From: Eledone cirrhosa
Taxonomy: Eukaryota
NCBI GenBank assembly: GCA_964016885.1
Contig: OZ024740.1
Location: 303,986,001 to 304,050,000, forward strand
Length of the DNA stretch: 64,000 nucleotides
Direction of reading: 5' to 3'
Shown: in pieces, positions 62,746 through 64,000 of the stretch
How the letters are laid out: every line of letters begins with the position of its first letter
Numbering within the stretch: position 1 is the stretch's first letter
The notes under the pieces: generated by a model
What the model saw: only the letters and a program-made list of their open reading frames with translations
Databases searched by the model: none
What the model was told of the DNA's origin: nothing
Position numbers and translations under genes: made by a program

Positions 62746-64000
62746 AAAGATATGAAGACAGGCAAGGCAGCTGGGTCTTCGGAGATAGTTGCTGAAATGC
62801 TGAAAGCATCTGGAACGGTGGGACACACCATGGTCACCCGGATAGTAAACCAAGTCATATAGAACGGGGTCATACCAAATGACTGGCATAGCAGCATCAT
62901 CCTTAACTGCTACAAGGGTAAAGGAGATGCACTAGATAGAGGAAACTATAGAGGCATTAAATTAATTGATCCAGTCATGAAGGTCACAGAAAAAGTTATA
63001 GCGCAACTAATCAGAGAGCAAATTGATCTAGATGAAATGCAGTTTGGGTTTGTGTCAGCTAAAAGTACAACAGACGCCCTTTTCCTTGTACGACAACTAC
63101 AGGAGAAGTACCTAGCTAAAAGTAAACCCCTATACTTAGCTTTTGTTGACTTGGAGAAAGCATTTTACAGAGTACCCCGCGCCATTATCTGGTGGGCCCT
63201 TAGAAAACAAGGGGTTGATGAATGGCTTGTGAGAGCTATACAAGCCATGTATAAAGAAACAGTCAGTAAGGTTAGAATTAACAACGAATATAATGAAGAA
63301 TTTAGCATAAAAGTTGGTGTTCATCAGGGCTCTGTCCTTAGCCCCCTTCTATTTATTATTGCCCTTCAGGCTATAACAGAGGAGTTCAAGACCGGCTGCC
63401 CATGGGAACTTCTCTATGCAGATGATCTAACGCTCATATCTGAATCGATGGATGAACTAGAAAAGAAATTCCAAACATGGAAGCATGGCCTAGAATCAAA
63501 AGGCCTTAAAGTTAACTTGTCTAAGACTAAAGTTCTAGTATGTAGGAAGGAAAATAGGGCACAGATCCCCTCTGGGAAATGGCCATGCTCAGTGTGTAGG
63601 AAAGGAGTAGGCAGAAATTCCATTTTATGTCCCAAATGCAAAGTATGGGTGCATAAAAGATGTAGTGGGATCACAGGTAAGCTATCTAAGAACGTAGATT
63701 TTATATGTGGCCGGTGCTCAGGTGCAATAAGTAGCAAGCACCCACAGGATACTAGCTCCTTCTATTACCCAGATGGCTCTATAGAAATAGTGGACACCTT
63801 CCGTTACCTGGGTGATAATATCAGCAGTGGTGGAGGGTGCAGTAGCCAGAGTCAGAACGGGATGGAAAAAGTTCAGAGAGCTTATACCACTATTGGCCGC
63901 TTATACTATTATTGGCCGCTAAAGGTTTCTCTCTAAAAATGAAAGGCAGACTGTATGATGCTTGCATACAAACAGTTATGTTACATGGCAGTGAAACATG
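62746..64000 (+). mobile_element. RTE LINE RT region running off the window end
   Basis: ORF 62977-63936 has FVDLEKAF, GVHQGSVLSP, YADD and FRYLG. Stop near 62860 and frameshift near 63845. Confidence 0.94.

Noticed and set aside
61278-62900. Several 380-540 aa Y/I/H/T/C/V/M ORFs
   Set aside because: RY-alternating DNA cannot contain stop codons, so these are not coding.

Overview
Eukaryotic, AT-rich, repeat-dominated genomic DNA. The repeat landscape (RTE/CR1 LINEs, tRNA-SINEs, Penelope-like elements, very long microsatellites) suggests a mollusc, probably an octopod cephalopod; this is an inference. Host genes: a complete spliced POLR2K/RPB12 gene on the minus strand (61 aa, missed by the ORF track) and two tandem U16/SNORD16 box C/D snoRNAs in what looks like a non-coding host transcript. 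A second promoter-like site (E-boxes plus E2F) lies near 19.4 kb. The rest is mobile DNA: a near full-length CR1 LINE, many RTE LINE fragments, a Penelope GIY-YIG fragment, Helitrons, mariner/piggyBac/pogo-like MITEs, SINEs, satellites and a 200-N gap. The most striking unexplained signal is a set of about 8-10 type I hammerhead ribozymes from several unrelated repeat families. Two sit in non-coding tandem or circularly permuted units of 370 and 528 nt (retrozyme-like), and one family has a fixed U4->A core variant. The CR1 ORF2 has no AUG ahead of its endonuclease domain and is preceded by a G GGA AAC slippery site at the ORF1 stop. All structures were read by eye; none was computed or database-searched.
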